Source: Promethearchaeia archaeon (GTDB taxonomy: Archaea; Asgardarchaeota; Lokiarchaeia; Sigyniarchaeales; SOKP01). From it: DNA of 64,000 bases. A program made the position numbers and the translations under genes. Positions 1 to 10,010 of this stretch are shown here, piece after piece (positions within the stretch are counted from its first letter, which is position 1; the number at the start of each line of letters is the position of its first letter). Under the pieces are notes generated by a model, which was not told the origin of the DNA, did not search any database, and saw only the letters and a program-made list of their open reading frames with translations. Where the stretch lies: positions 1-64,000 of the forward strand of contig JAHQWG010000047.1 in the NCBI GenBank assembly GCA_029856045.1, given 5' to 3'.

Positions 1-1
1 G

Positions 2-469
2 GTTGGTGAATGGTTAAATACCAAAAAGATTAATGATGAAAATGCAATAAAACCTTGCCATAGACTTGGATGGTGCCCTTATGGCCCCCTAGTCGAAGAA
101 TTCAAATTGAGAGATGAAAATGAGAGAAATAAATTTTCTTGTAATCTTTTTGGTCATGATTGTCCTGTTTTTTATCATAAGGAAAATGAAGCAGAAGATT
201 TTGGTCTGACAGATTATGAGAAAGAGATTGAAAATTTACTACAAAAGGGAGGATACTCTGCAGTTTTTAAAGAAGACCCTGTATCAGAGTACTGGTATGA
301 TAAAGGATATGATGAAAGTACCCAAAATAATATTCAATGGGTGCATTGTGCCTTGGATAAATTAATAGAAGAGGGAGAAATAAAAGATAAGGATATTATG
401 AGTAAATTGCGCAAGAAAATAACGTCCACTACTACAGAAGAATTAGATCAATGGGTTTCTACTCAATAA
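2..469 (+). CDS. Hypothetical Cys-containing protein, 5' end probably outside the window (frame is open back to base 2; TTG at 107 is the first canonical start)
   Basis: ORF track 107..469. Manual back-translation shows the same frame is open to the window edge with motif HRLGWCPYGPLVEEF...CNLFGHDCP. No recognisable family. Confidence 0.35.
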   Translation, partial: VGEWLNTKKINDENAIKPCHRLGWCPYGPLVEEFKLRDENERNKFSCNLFGHDCPVFYHKENEAEDFGLTDYEKEIENLLQKGGYSAVFKEDPVSEYWYDKGYDESTQNNIQWVHCALDKLIEEGEIKDKDIMSKLRKKITSTTTEELDQWVSTQ

Positions 470-509
470 AAAAATTAAAAAGAAAAAGTGTTTTAAATTT
501 AGTTTTAAA

Positions 510-1193
510 TTAAAATAGGTTTGGAACTACTGAAAAACCAAAAATCCACAGCGAAAATCCCTGTATGAAGCAGTATAACATTATTATCAAGGCTATTGGA
601 GGCCAAGAAAGCACTTTCGATATTGCCATCAGCCCGGAAATGTAGAATTTTACAGTTAAGGCAACGATAGCTACTATTAAAACAAATAATATCCCTAACA
701 CCCAACGTGGGTCAATAAAAACAGCAATTACTTCCACAAGTTGATCTGGAACAGATATTGCAATGAAAAATGTTATTATGCCACCAACGATTAAGCCAAT
801 TATGCCAGCCCAAGGTAAATCATTTATTGGTTTTAGAAAGCAAATTAAGCCAATTACAATTAAGCTTATTGAAGTAAAGATATTAGCTCCTGCATTAGGG
901 CCATATAATTCCTCATATTTGAAACTTGGAGGAAGATTTCGAAGCAGGCTAACTGCTCCAGAAAAAATACAAAATACTCCCACAATTATTCCTATGTACG
1001 ATAAAATTCTTAAAAATTTAGTAACATTAAACTCATACTCATCTACTTTCCTTTTAGTAATGCTACGACGTCGCTTACTTTCATAGCCAAACCATGTAAT
1101 TGCTATCAAACCCGCTAAGATTAACATGATTGCGCCTGATTCTGCAATCCAATCAAAAAAATCTTGAAAAATATCCCAAATTTGAAAAATCAT
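510..1193 (-). CDS. Polytopic membrane protein, unknown function
   Basis: 227 aa, several long hydrophobic segments, no catalytic motif recognised. Confidence 0.4.
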   Translation of the reverse strand: MIFQIWDIFQDFFDWIAESGAIMLILAGLIAITWFGYESKRRRSITKRKVDEYEFNVTKFLRILSYIGIIVGVFCIFSGAVSLLRNLPPSFKYEELYGPNAGANIFTSISLIVIGLICFLKPINDLPWAGIIGLIVGGIITFFIAISVPDQLVEVIAVFIDPRWVLGILFVLIVAIVALTVKFYISGLMAISKVLSWPPIALIIMLYCFIQGFSLWIFGFSVVPNLF

Positions 1194-1289
1194 TAAACAT
1201 CACATTTTCTAAAATATTATAATTTTAAGTATTAGATGAATTTTTAATTTTAAATATTTATTGCGTCCGATTTTTGTCACAATGAAAAT

Positions 1290-2975
1290 TTAAAAAAAGA
1301 TGGTTTTTTTGATGTGGTCAAGATGGGTTTTGATTTCCTCACTTTTTTTTTCTTCATTCCATCCATATTCTTTAGCCATAATTTCAGCGACTTTTTGGGC
1401 GATGATTTTCTGTTTTTTATGATGTATTAAGATTGCCATTTCAGTTCGTCTGCAAAATATATCAATCAAATGGGGAACTTGCTCATTTCTAAGCGAATAC
1501 ACAATTTCTCCGGTAATAAAGGGATGTTCAGGTAAGAGGCGCTCTTTTAAGGCATTATCTTTTAGACATAATTCTATTATTTTAATGGCACCATGTCCAT
1601 ATTGTTGATAAAGGTGGTTTAAAATATCTTGATCTAATTTTGGACTATTATTTTCTATAAATTTTTGCCATTCAGACTTTTCTAGGCCGATAATGAATTT
1701 TTGTTTGGAGAAATTCTTCTTTCTTCTAATGCCGCTAAAAACTTTATGTTTTATAAGTTCTCTAAATAAATCTTCAGCCATTTTTCTATTAGTAGTTAAT
1801 TTACCGCCAGTGATTGTAAGTAAACCATCATTGGACCAAAAAATCAAATGATCTCTTGAAAGTTCACTTTCAGATTTTCCTTTTTGCATCACTAAAGGTC
1901 GAATTCCTGCAAATGTAGAAATAATGTTTTCATATCCTAATTCTGATTGAGGAAATATATTTTTCACAGCTCTAATTACATAATCTGCATCCTCCTTAGT
2001 ACAGTATGGATTATCAAGGTCTTCTTCATAATCTGTATCCGTAGTTCCTATTAAAGCGATATTTCCTCGACGCAATAAAAACATCCCGCGATTATCATCA
2101 ATTGACCGAATAGGTATTGCATTATTTACTTTTATTTTATCAATAGGGTATACCAAATGAACTCCTTTTGTAGGTCTAATAACGGGTTCTGGAATATCAT
2201 CTGGATAATTTTCAACGATATTATCGGTCCATATTCCAGTTGCATTTACGATTTGTTTTCCTTTTATTTCGAATTTATTATTTTTTTCAAGATCCGAGCA
2301 TTTAATTCCAACAATTTTTCCGTTTTCCTTAATAAAAGATTTAAATTCAACATAGTTAAGTGCGTCAGTTCCTCTAATAATTGCTTCCTTAATAGATTCC
2401 AATACTAATCTTGCATCGTCCACAAATGTATCATAATATGAAGCGCCTCCTAAAAGACCATCCTTTTTCATAGCAGGTTCGAGCTCTATGATTTCTTCCG
2501 GTTCTAAGAATTCATGTTTTTTATAAGTTTTAAATTTAGAGAATGAATTGCTTAAAAAGTCGTAAATCCGGACACCTAAATGAACTCGAGATACACTATC
2601 TTTTCCACCCTTCCATGCAGTTGGTATTAATCGAATTGGTCTAATTAAATGAGGAAGATGAGCCATTAACCAATTTCTTTCGGTAGTTGCTTCGCGAACT
2701 AATCTAAATTCATAACTTTCCAAATATCTAATCCCACCATGTGCCATTTTAGTGCTTCTAGAAGAAGTTCCTGCAGCAAAATCTTGTTTATCGATTAAAG
2801 CAACTTTTAAGCCCCTTAGGGCAGCTTCTCTTGCAACTCCAGCTCCTGTGATGCCTCCACCGATAATAATAATATCGTAAGTTTCTTTCTGCAATTTGTC
2901 AATAAGAGCGTCTCTGTTTTTAAAATTCCATTTCTCTTCATACAATTTTTTACGTAAGGATTCTGTTATTTCCAA
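1290..2975 (-). CDS. FAD-dependent glycerol-3-phosphate dehydrogenase (GlpA/GlpD family)
   Basis: N-terminal Rossmann FAD motif DIIIIGGGITGAGVAREAALRGLKVALIDKQDFAAGTSSRSTKMAHGGIRYLE is typical of GlpD/GlpA. 561 aa, no C-terminal Cys cluster, so closer to GlpD-like. Confidence 0.85.
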   Translation of the reverse strand: MEITESLRKKLYEEKWNFKNRDALIDKLQKETYDIIIIGGGITGAGVAREAALRGLKVALIDKQDFAAGTSSRSTKMAHGGIRYLESYEFRLVREATTERNWLMAHLPHLIRPIRLIPTAWKGGKDSVSRVHLGVRIYDFLSNSFSKFKTYKKHEFLEPEEIIELEPAMKKDGLLGGASYYDTFVDDARLVLESIKEAIIRGTDALNYVEFKSFIKENGKIVGIKCSDLEKNNKFEIKGKQIVNATGIWTDNIVENYPDDIPEPVIRPTKGVHLVYPIDKIKVNNAIPIRSIDDNRGMFLLRRGNIALIGTTDTDYEEDLDNPYCTKEDADYVIRAVKNIFPQSELGYENIISTFAGIRPLVMQKGKSESELSRDHLIFWSNDGLLTITGGKLTTNRKMAEDLFRELIKHKVFSGIRRKKNFSKQKFIIGLEKSEWQKFIENNSPKLDQDILNHLYQQYGHGAIKIIELCLKDNALKERLLPEHPFITGEIVYSLRNEQVPHLIDIFCRRTEMAILIHHKKQKIIAQKVAEIMAKEYGWNEEKKSEEIKTHLDHIKKTIFF

Positions 2976-3016
2976 AATTATATCACTAATTAATTGAAAT
3001 TTTCATTAATTTTATT

Positions 3017-4210
3017 TTATTTCATTTTAAAATCTAGATTCTCATTTTTTAAATAATCCATATAATTTTTCATAAATGCTTTCATATGTTTAAATCTCGG
3101 GGATTCTCCGGTTCTCACGAATATTGCAGTATTAATATTACCAAATAATATTGCTTCAGCTGGATCTAAATTTAGAACCAGTCCAGCTAAGGTTGCTCCG
3201 TTAAAATGATCTCCCGCACCAGTACTAAATCTTGGTGTACTTGTATAAGCTTGAGACACCCAAGAATGGTCTTTCTTACTTGTAATAGTAGCAAAATGTG
3301 ATTCATGAATGATCAAATAAGAGAAATTCAAGATTTCATTAATTTTTTTACCCGCTTCAATATAACCTTCAAAATTTGGCTGATTAGGATCAATCTCATC
3401 AACTCCGTCAATTACCCTTGAAATATCAATTGCTTCTTTATCATTTAAACTAAGACATATTGGGACTTGATCTTCAAGTTCTAATAGTAAATCGATCATT
3501 TTTTTTATATCTTCATCTTTCCGTTTCCTGAGATCAGCTAAATCAATAAAAAAGATTTTTTCTCTTAGATTTGAAACAGATGGAAATATTTCAGTCTTGA
3601 TTTTCATCCATATATTATTCATTTCAAGCAATAATGACCAATGCCCAAAACCATATCCATCACAAATATTAAATCTATCAATTAATTTTGGGATTTTCAA
3701 TTTTTTGATAATTCTATCCCAAGAGATATCATAAATGTTGTGGAAATCGGTAATCATAACCTTACCATCATTAAATTCTAAACCTACAGTTCGTCCAGGT
3801 TCGTTTATAGATATATCTTCCACGAATTCTGGGTAGATCTTAAAGATCTCCTTAGCTTTTGGAAGACCCATAGCAGCTACTAAAAAAACTCGAAGTCCCA
3901 AATTCCATAATGCTTTTCCTGTATTTGGTGCAAAACCCCCCGCAACTTTTCGCTTCAAAACCCGCTCAATATTCGTCGAACTTCCAGCTGAATCAATAAT
4001 ACGCTCAGCCATCTGCGTCATTGAATTCATTAACGTCCAATTACTAACATCTTCTCGATTTGCAACTAAAGAATAGAGAGAATCTATATAACCATCAAAT
4101 CCAAGAAAAATGTATTTATTTGAAGCAGATTCTTCCATGGCATCGATTTTTGATTTAACTCCATCTAATGCCTTTTGGGTCACATCATACTTGTTATGCG
4201 GAATCTCCAT
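3017..4210 (-). CDS. Ribokinase-superfamily sugar kinase, probably ADP-dependent glucokinase/phosphofructokinase family
   Basis: Motifs RKVAGGFAPNTG (GG anion hole), C-terminal STGAGDHFNGATLAG (GXGD catalytic-base motif) and N-terminal LGFDGYIDS resemble ADP-PFK/GK (PF04587-like). 41 bp upstream of the G3P dehydrogenase on the same strand. Confidence 0.5.
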   Translation of the reverse strand: MEIPHNKYDVTQKALDGVKSKIDAMEESASNKYIFLGFDGYIDSLYSLVANREDVSNWTLMNSMTQMAERIIDSAGSSTNIERVLKRKVAGGFAPNTGKALWNLGLRVFLVAAMGLPKAKEIFKIYPEFVEDISINEPGRTVGLEFNDGKVMITDFHNIYDISWDRIIKKLKIPKLIDRFNICDGYGFGHWSLLLEMNNIWMKIKTEIFPSVSNLREKIFFIDLADLRKRKDEDIKKMIDLLLELEDQVPICLSLNDKEAIDISRVIDGVDEIDPNQPNFEGYIEAGKKINEILNFSYLIIHESHFATITSKKDHSWVSQAYTSTPRFSTGAGDHFNGATLAGLVLNLDPAEAILFGNINTAIFVRTGESPRFKHMKAFMKNYMDYLKNENLDFKMK

Positions 4211-4378
4211 AATATATTCTAACTAATATTTCTTAAAATTTATTATATTTTATTTTTTGATTATTAAATTTTTTATTTTCGATAAAAAAGTAAAAATTTA
4301 AATATAGCTCAATTCAATAATCAATCGTTTTAGAATCCAATTTAATTAAAAATAATTTAAAAAAGAGGTAAAATGTGA

Positions 4379-4684
4379 ATGATTATTATGGCAACTCAGT
4401 GGTATCCAACTAATAAGGCGAAAGAGATAATGGAACTATTTCTTAAAGCAATTAAAGGTCCATTGCCTTCTTTTATAAAGAAATGGCAGATTTTTACTTG
4501 TCCCGACAGTGAGCGTGGATTTAAGGGATATAATCTTATAATGACGGAGAAGGATAAGGGAGATGAAACCTTGATGCATATAACAAAAACGTTTCAGCCA
4601 TTCTGGGATATTGAAGGGTTTTCATTGAGAATAGAAAGTTTATTGGGAGTTAAAGATGTGTTTAAAGTAATGGGTAAAACATAA
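4379..4684 (+). CDS. Hypothetical small protein
   Basis: 101 aa ORF, no recognised motif. Followed by a T-tract. Confidence 0.3.
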   Translation: MIIMATQWYPTNKAKEIMELFLKAIKGPLPSFIKKWQIFTCPDSERGFKGYNLIMTEKDKGDETLMHITKTFQPFWDIEGFSLRIESLLGVKDVFKVMGKT

Positions 4685-4715
4685 AAAAAAATTTTTAAAA
4701 TACTCTCATAATTCC

Positions 4716-4726
4716 AAATTCTTTTT
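4716..4726. terminator. T-tract between convergent genes (archaeal-type oligo-T terminator candidate)
   Basis: Run of 10 T between the 3' ends of 4379..4684(+) and 4730..5683(-). Confidence 0.3.
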
Positions 4727-4729
4727 TTT

Positions 4730-5683
4730 TTAAAATTTAAGCATTACATCTAATATTAGGGGCAGATTTTTCACATCATTATAATTATGCTCAATACAAG
4801 CTTGAATTAATCCACAATATTTTTCCGGATTTTGGGAATACATATCATAAAAATGCCCCATATATGCACCCGGGACATCATCATCTCTTTTTAATTCTAA
4901 AACTTCTTGCTCGATTGTTGATAATTTATAATTAATATATTTTCCCTTCCACAATCGCCTACTATTATGGAATAAATCGACATGGTGATATAATGTGTTA
5001 TTTTGTTCATATGGGTCATCATCTTCAGAAATCATTGGATTTTCATCAAAAAAATATAAAAATCTGTCAGCTAAGACAGGAATATCAAATGATTTACCGT
5101 TATAAGATACAAAACATTTAAATTTTTTAAAAAAATGCTTTAACCTCTCAAATATTGAAATTTCATCATCTAATGTTCTTGCAAAATATTGTTTGATTTT
5201 AAATATTCTATTTTTAAAATATCCTAAACCTATGAGAAAAACACTCGATCCGTACAATCCAGTGCTTTCTATATCTAGAAATAGTAAATCTTCCAATTTA
5301 AAGCAAAATAATAAGTCAATATCTTTGATATAATAGTTTTTTTCAAGGAGTTGAAAATTTTTTTCCTTAATCATATTAATAAGTTTCATTGCGTTTTTTT
5401 GATATCCACAGTGTCCAATTAAATCAAATAGATTATTGACGCCACGTTTTTTTAGATATGATTCTGTCTTCTCCCCAATTTGATGAACAGTTTTTAAATT
5501 TCTAAGCAATCGTTTTCTAGTAGAAGAAATCTTTGAATTAAAAGGAAGTTTTTCCTCCCAAAAAATATCAAGGAAGGAACCCATTTCATTATTTTTAACT
5601 TTATGGTTTGTGAAAATCTCTGTTATTAATTTTCCTTCATATTTTTCAATGAACTCAGTAATATTTATACCGTAGAACTCCAC
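4730..5683 (-). CDS. RNase H-like superfamily 3'-5' exonuclease (YprB/COG3359-like)
   Basis: Motif LLFLDIESTGLYGSSVFLIGLGYF matches the DIETTGL exonuclease motif of RNase H-like/DnaQ-like predicted exonucleases. 317 aa. Confidence 0.45.
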   Translation of the reverse strand: MEFYGINITEFIEKYEGKLITEIFTNHKVKNNEMGSFLDIFWEEKLPFNSKISSTRKRLLRNLKTVHQIGEKTESYLKKRGVNNLFDLIGHCGYQKNAMKLINMIKEKNFQLLEKNYYIKDIDLLFCFKLEDLLFLDIESTGLYGSSVFLIGLGYFKNRIFKIKQYFARTLDDEISIFERLKHFFKKFKCFVSYNGKSFDIPVLADRFLYFFDENPMISEDDDPYEQNNTLYHHVDLFHNSRRLWKGKYINYKLSTIEQEVLELKRDDDVPGAYMGHFYDMYSQNPEKYCGLIQACIEHNYNDVKNLPLILDVMLKF

Positions 5684-6011
5684 AAATAAATAAAAAGAAC
5701 TTCAGTATTTAAATATGATATCATTGTAGATTTTTAATTTTTTAATATCCATAAAAAAAAAAGAAAATTGCATACTGCATCATCTTAATTCTAATTTAAT
5801 AAAATCAATATACACTACTAATATCCCTATTACTATAAATATCCCAGTTAAGAAGAAATAGATTGAAAGACTTAAGATTTCTATCACAAAAGAAATTTGA
5901 TCAAATAGGAAACACAATAAAGCGAATATAAAACACAATAGTATTATTGACAATGTTAAAAACTTAGCCTTATAAACAAATTAAGCTAATATTTTTATAA
6001 AATCTTTATAA

Positions 6012-7778
6012 GTGATTAAGATGTTTGAAAATTTTAAAAAAAAAATTAGAATTAGACCACGATATTTGGTTTTAATTCTTAGTATTGTGGTTCTTTTGAT
6101 TGGAACAACTATTGCCGGTGGAATACAGAGTAATTTTGGAAATGTCAATGTTGTGGAGGTTGATTTTCAAACTGCAGGAGATGGATCTTGGATCCATAGC
6201 ACCCTTCAGGTTCCAACATATGCTTCAGGATCTAACCCTTTACCTGGTGTTGTTGTTATTCATGGTTCTTTACAGAGTAAGGAATGGCTTATGGGGTTTG
6301 GAATAGAGTTGGCACGACGTGGTTTCGTTGTACTTACAATCGATGCAAATAGTCATGGCAACTCTGAACCTGGTACCGGAAGTGGTACTGCAGCACTTGA
6401 ATTTATATCTAGTCTACCTTACGTAGATAGTTCTTCTATTGGTCTTATTGGACATAGCATGGGCGGTGGAATCTCCTGGAGCGCAATCGAAGATTCAACA
6501 ATCATGGTCAATTCACTCGTTCTTGTAGGTGCTGGTGTCAGATCAACAGCTAATGCAACCTATCCACACAACATGCTCGTTGCTACAGGTCAGTTCGATG
6601 AATTGTCATCTTATCCCATAGATATCTCTTCACTAGAAATTTCCTTTAATATATCTTCAATCGAGTTGAATACTTTATATGGGGATTTCAGCGATGGAAC
6701 AGCACGAAAAATCATCCTCCCCAAGACAAATCATCTGTTCGTTACTATAGATCCTATTGTAATTAGTGAAACAGTTGAATGGATGAAAAATAGTTTAAAA
6801 GGAGGTGCTGAAGATGAGTATTGGCTACCGAAAGAGAATTTATTTTACCCATTCTTCATGATTGGGGGTTTAATCGCTTCTATTGGAGTATTCGTGTCAA
6901 TTTTCCCACTTCTTCTAATTTTAATTAATCTTCCATTTTTCAAGGATCTTAAGAATAAAAAGAAGTTAGCTGAAGGTGAATATATTTTAAGTACCAAGTC
7001 ATATTTTGGGTTAGGTTTAATCTATGGAGGTATAGGATTTGGTTTATATATTCCATTAATGGTGATTGGTCTACTTATAGGAAGTATTATAGTAATCCCT
7101 CAGAGTTATGGAACTTCAATCCTTACATACTTCTTAGGAGTAGGGCTTATATCTGCAGGAATATTTTATCTAATCCTTCATTTTCGGCCTAAAATAAGAC
7201 ACAATATCCAATTTAAGGAAAAACAAGGTGAATCTCATGAAGTTTCACGAGTTATCATAAAAAGTGCCTTATTATCACTATTGGTTATATTCTGGTTATA
7301 TGCCTGGACTCTCTTGCTAGATGTTGTCTTAGCACTCGATTTTCGCTGTTTCCTGCCTATACTTAATGATTTGACCCCAAACCGAGCTTTAATTGCTCCA
7401 ATTTACCTAATTTGTTTCATTCCATACTTTTTAGTTGAAGGTATGTGGTTGATGGGAGCCATGAGAACCAAAATTAAAAAAAAATGGATGTATACCCAAT
7501 TATCTTGTAGCTTTAAAGCAATATTTTTCAAATGTTTGTTTTATGCCGTTCTCATTGCTATTCAAATTGGTGTGGGATATATCGCTGGCATTGTTGTCTT
7601 ACCTGGTATGATTGGTTATGTCTTCCTATTCTTCTACATGTTCACCCCAATGTTTGCTATTGCAGTAATTATTACCGTGTGGAGCTATCATATCAGTTCC
7701 CGCTATTACGTGGGCGCATTTCTCAATGCATTCCTATTTAGCTGGATTTTAGCATCAATCCTATCAACTTCGATCTGA
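6012..7778 (+). CDS. Alpha/beta-hydrolase domain fused to a C-terminal polytopic membrane domain
   Basis: N-terminal signal/TM segment, then VVIHGSLQSKEW...HGNSEPGTG and nucleophile elbow GHSMGG (GxSxG). The C-terminal half (about 300 aa) has at least 8 hydrophobic helices. Confidence 0.6.
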   Translation: MIKMFENFKKKIRIRPRYLVLILSIVVLLIGTTIAGGIQSNFGNVNVVEVDFQTAGDGSWIHSTLQVPTYASGSNPLPGVVVIHGSLQSKEWLMGFGIELARRGFVVLTIDANSHGNSEPGTGSGTAALEFISSLPYVDSSSIGLIGHSMGGGISWSAIEDSTIMVNSLVLVGAGVRSTANATYPHNMLVATGQFDELSSYPIDISSLEISFNISSIELNTLYGDFSDGTARKIILPKTNHLFVTIDPIVISETVEWMKNSLKGGAEDEYWLPKENLFYPFFMIGGLIASIGVFVSIFPLLLILINLPFFKDLKNKKKLAEGEYILSTKSYFGLGLIYGGIGFGLYIPLMVIGLLIGSIIVIPQSYGTSILTYFLGVGLISAGIFYLILHFRPKIRHNIQFKEKQGESHEVSRVIIKSALLSLLVIFWLYAWTLLLDVVLALDFRCFLPILNDLTPNRALIAPIYLICFIPYFLVEGMWLMGAMRTKIKKKWMYTQLSCSFKAIFFKCLFYAVLIAIQIGVGYIAGIVVLPGMIGYVFLFFYMFTPMFAIAVIITVWSYHISSRYYVGAFLNAFLFSWILASILSTSI

Positions 7779-7885
7779 GAATCTAGATAAATAATATGAT
7801 TAAGTGCTTGATATTACTAATCAAATCTTTTTTTTTAAATAAATTAATGAGTATTTAAAAGTAGAAGTGCGAAATATTTAATAAA

Positions 7886-8176
7886 TTACAATTTCGCTTT
7901 AATTTCCTCTAATTTCCCTTGAAAATGTTCTATTTGATCTTTTGTAACCGAACCCTTATTTATCTTTTTTACAATTGAAACAAAATCAGAGACCAAAGGA
8001 GATTGAATTACAACGATATCATGCCTTTTAGGTATCATATTAACCTCCAAAACTAATGCATTATTTAATTCAACTTTCTCCCCAAGAATTCCATAAAATG
8101 CAGAAGTTCCTGTATCTTCATCATATTTGAAAACCAAAATCTCGTCCGCAACTTGATTTAAATCATTCCCTTCCAT
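7886..8176 (-). CDS. Hypothetical small protein (possibly roadblock/LC7-like alpha-beta fold)
   Basis: 96 aa, no motif. Weak resemblance to roadblock-type small proteins only. Confidence 0.3.
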   Translation of the reverse strand: MEGNDLNQVADEILVFKYDEDTGTSAFYGILGEKVELNNALVLEVNMIPKRHDIVVIQSPLVSDFVSIVKKINKGSVTKDQIEHFQGKLEEIKAKL

Positions 8177-8618
8177 TTTTAATACTTTAAATTCACAAAT
8201 GATAAATCACTTCTTTTTTTTTTCTCTTTTTTACTAAAATCACTAAGAGAAAGTAATATAATAAGTATTTTAAAATTAGTGGTGATAAAATATTTAAAAA
8301 AGGTATTTAAAGATAAATATTAATTCTTGCTGTGCTCGGATCTGACAAATTTAAGATATTATCCAAAGAAAATCAATATTAAAATGATAATTACCAATAT
8401 AATAACTACACAACAACAAATTTCATAATGAGGCATATCCTCAGAATATACTTTGTCTATTTTCTCTCTTTAGACCTCCCAATCCTTATTGAAATTGGAT
8501 TTATTATTATTTTCATTTAACCCTATTATGTAATAGTTAAATGTAGGTATATAAAGATCAGTTCTTTTAATTAAAAGTTATATCAACTAAGAAGAAAAAA
8601 AAAAGATTAATTTAAATT

Positions 8619-9518
8619 TTAAAGTTCCCATAAAATCGGTGTATTTTCTCCAATTATGAGATATGAAGAATCGTGTTCTAATATCGCTTGAATCCAAAGA
8701 TATGTAAGCAATTCTGTGCTATTTAATCCAATAGCAGCTGCAAGCTCGGCTAATAATAATCCCTCTGCCGTAAGAGTTATATTCAATGCATCTGCTGCAG
8801 CTTGAGCGTCAATAATGGTTATATTCGCATCTGCTTGAGCTTGAATGATTAAGGTCTGTGCTTCAATAATTGTAGCTTCCTGTGCGTATTGTGCAATTTG
8901 AATTTGTATTCTTGCAACTTCCAGTTCTTCAGTTGCTGCTTCAAACGAATCCGGTAAATCTATATCTCTCAGCTGAAATTCTCCTACTTCAATTAAAGAT
9001 GCTAAAGAATCATTAAGAGAGGTTTTCATTACTAAATTTACTATTGAACGATTGGCATAAAATTCTATTGCCGAAAATTCACCACAAACCTCCCTTAATG
9101 CAGAACGAGAAACCCTTATAAAATAATCTTTATAATCCATACCATATGAAGAATATAATATAAGCAAATCCTGTTTTCTTAGTCGGAATTGAAAACTCAC
9201 ATCAACAGTTACTTCAAGACCATCTTTAGTTTGAGTACTTAATGGAATATCATCAGAATAAAAATCGGGAGTAAATTCAATGGTTTGCCAAGTACTCGGA
9301 AATCGTAAAAAAGTATGTAATGGATCAATATAATATAATCCTTCTTCATAAATTTCTTCACTAAATTCTCTCGTCCAAATATTTTGCTTTAATCCATATT
9401 CATTAAAATCTATTTGCTCAAAGGAACATACTAAAATTGAAACACTTGTAATTCCTAAAACTAATACAAAAATAGCAAAAATTCCTTTTAATTTATAATG
9501 ACGAAAAAATCGACCCAT
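8619..9518 (-). CDS. SPFH/band-7 (stomatin/prohibitin-like) membrane protein
   Basis: N-terminal TM helix, an SPFH-like core (TVDVSFQFRLRKQDLLILY...) and a C-terminal coiled-coil with Q/A/I-rich pseudo-repeats (QIQIAQYAQEATIIEAQTLIIQAQADANITIIDAQAAADA). Confidence 0.65.
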   Translation of the reverse strand: MGRFFRHYKLKGIFAIFVLVLGITSVSILVCSFEQIDFNEYGLKQNIWTREFSEEIYEEGLYYIDPLHTFLRFPSTWQTIEFTPDFYSDDIPLSTQTKDGLEVTVDVSFQFRLRKQDLLILYSSYGMDYKDYFIRVSRSALREVCGEFSAIEFYANRSIVNLVMKTSLNDSLASLIEVGEFQLRDIDLPDSFEAATEELEVARIQIQIAQYAQEATIIEAQTLIIQAQADANITIIDAQAAADALNITLTAEGLLLAELAAAIGLNSTELLTYLWIQAILEHDSSYLIIGENTPILWEL

Positions 9519-9597
9519 ATTTATTCCCTCCTTTTTTTTTTATATTCATATTTAGAAGGCTTAATTGTCTCCTAATTTTTTTTTAAACTTTTATTTT

Positions 9598-9717
9598 ATT
9601 TTCTATTATAATATACGATAATCTTGGCGTTTGCTCCATTTGATTTCTATTTTCTTTGTTTTTTATTATAATATATGATAATCTGGACTTTTTTTCCATT
9701 ATTTCTTTCTCTCGAAT
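9598..9717. repeat. Two tandem units of about 60 bp (core tattataatata[c/t]gataatct at 9604-9624 and 9664-9684) in a 490-bp AT-rich intergenic region
   Basis: Direct inspection: 21-bp cores differ at one position. Flanking tccatttgatttct / tccattatttcttt are also similar. Confidence 0.6.
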
Positions 9718-10010
9718 CATAATATTTACCTCTTTTTTTAATATTAAATTAATGTTTATGGGTTTGGAAGAGTTTGCATTTTATTTATTTTCAAATTCAA
9801 TTAATAAATAATTGTCCATATTTATAAATCTTGTGGTCATCTCAACGTTTGTCTATGGGCATCTTTTATAAGTATTTGAACATTATTATATAATATATTG
9901 AAAATAATTTTAAAAGAAAATATTTTAAATCTTTATGATGATATTTTTATAATCTATGTTCATAATTTGATATAATATTGAACATATTCTAAGATAATTA
10001 GGTGAAGTAA

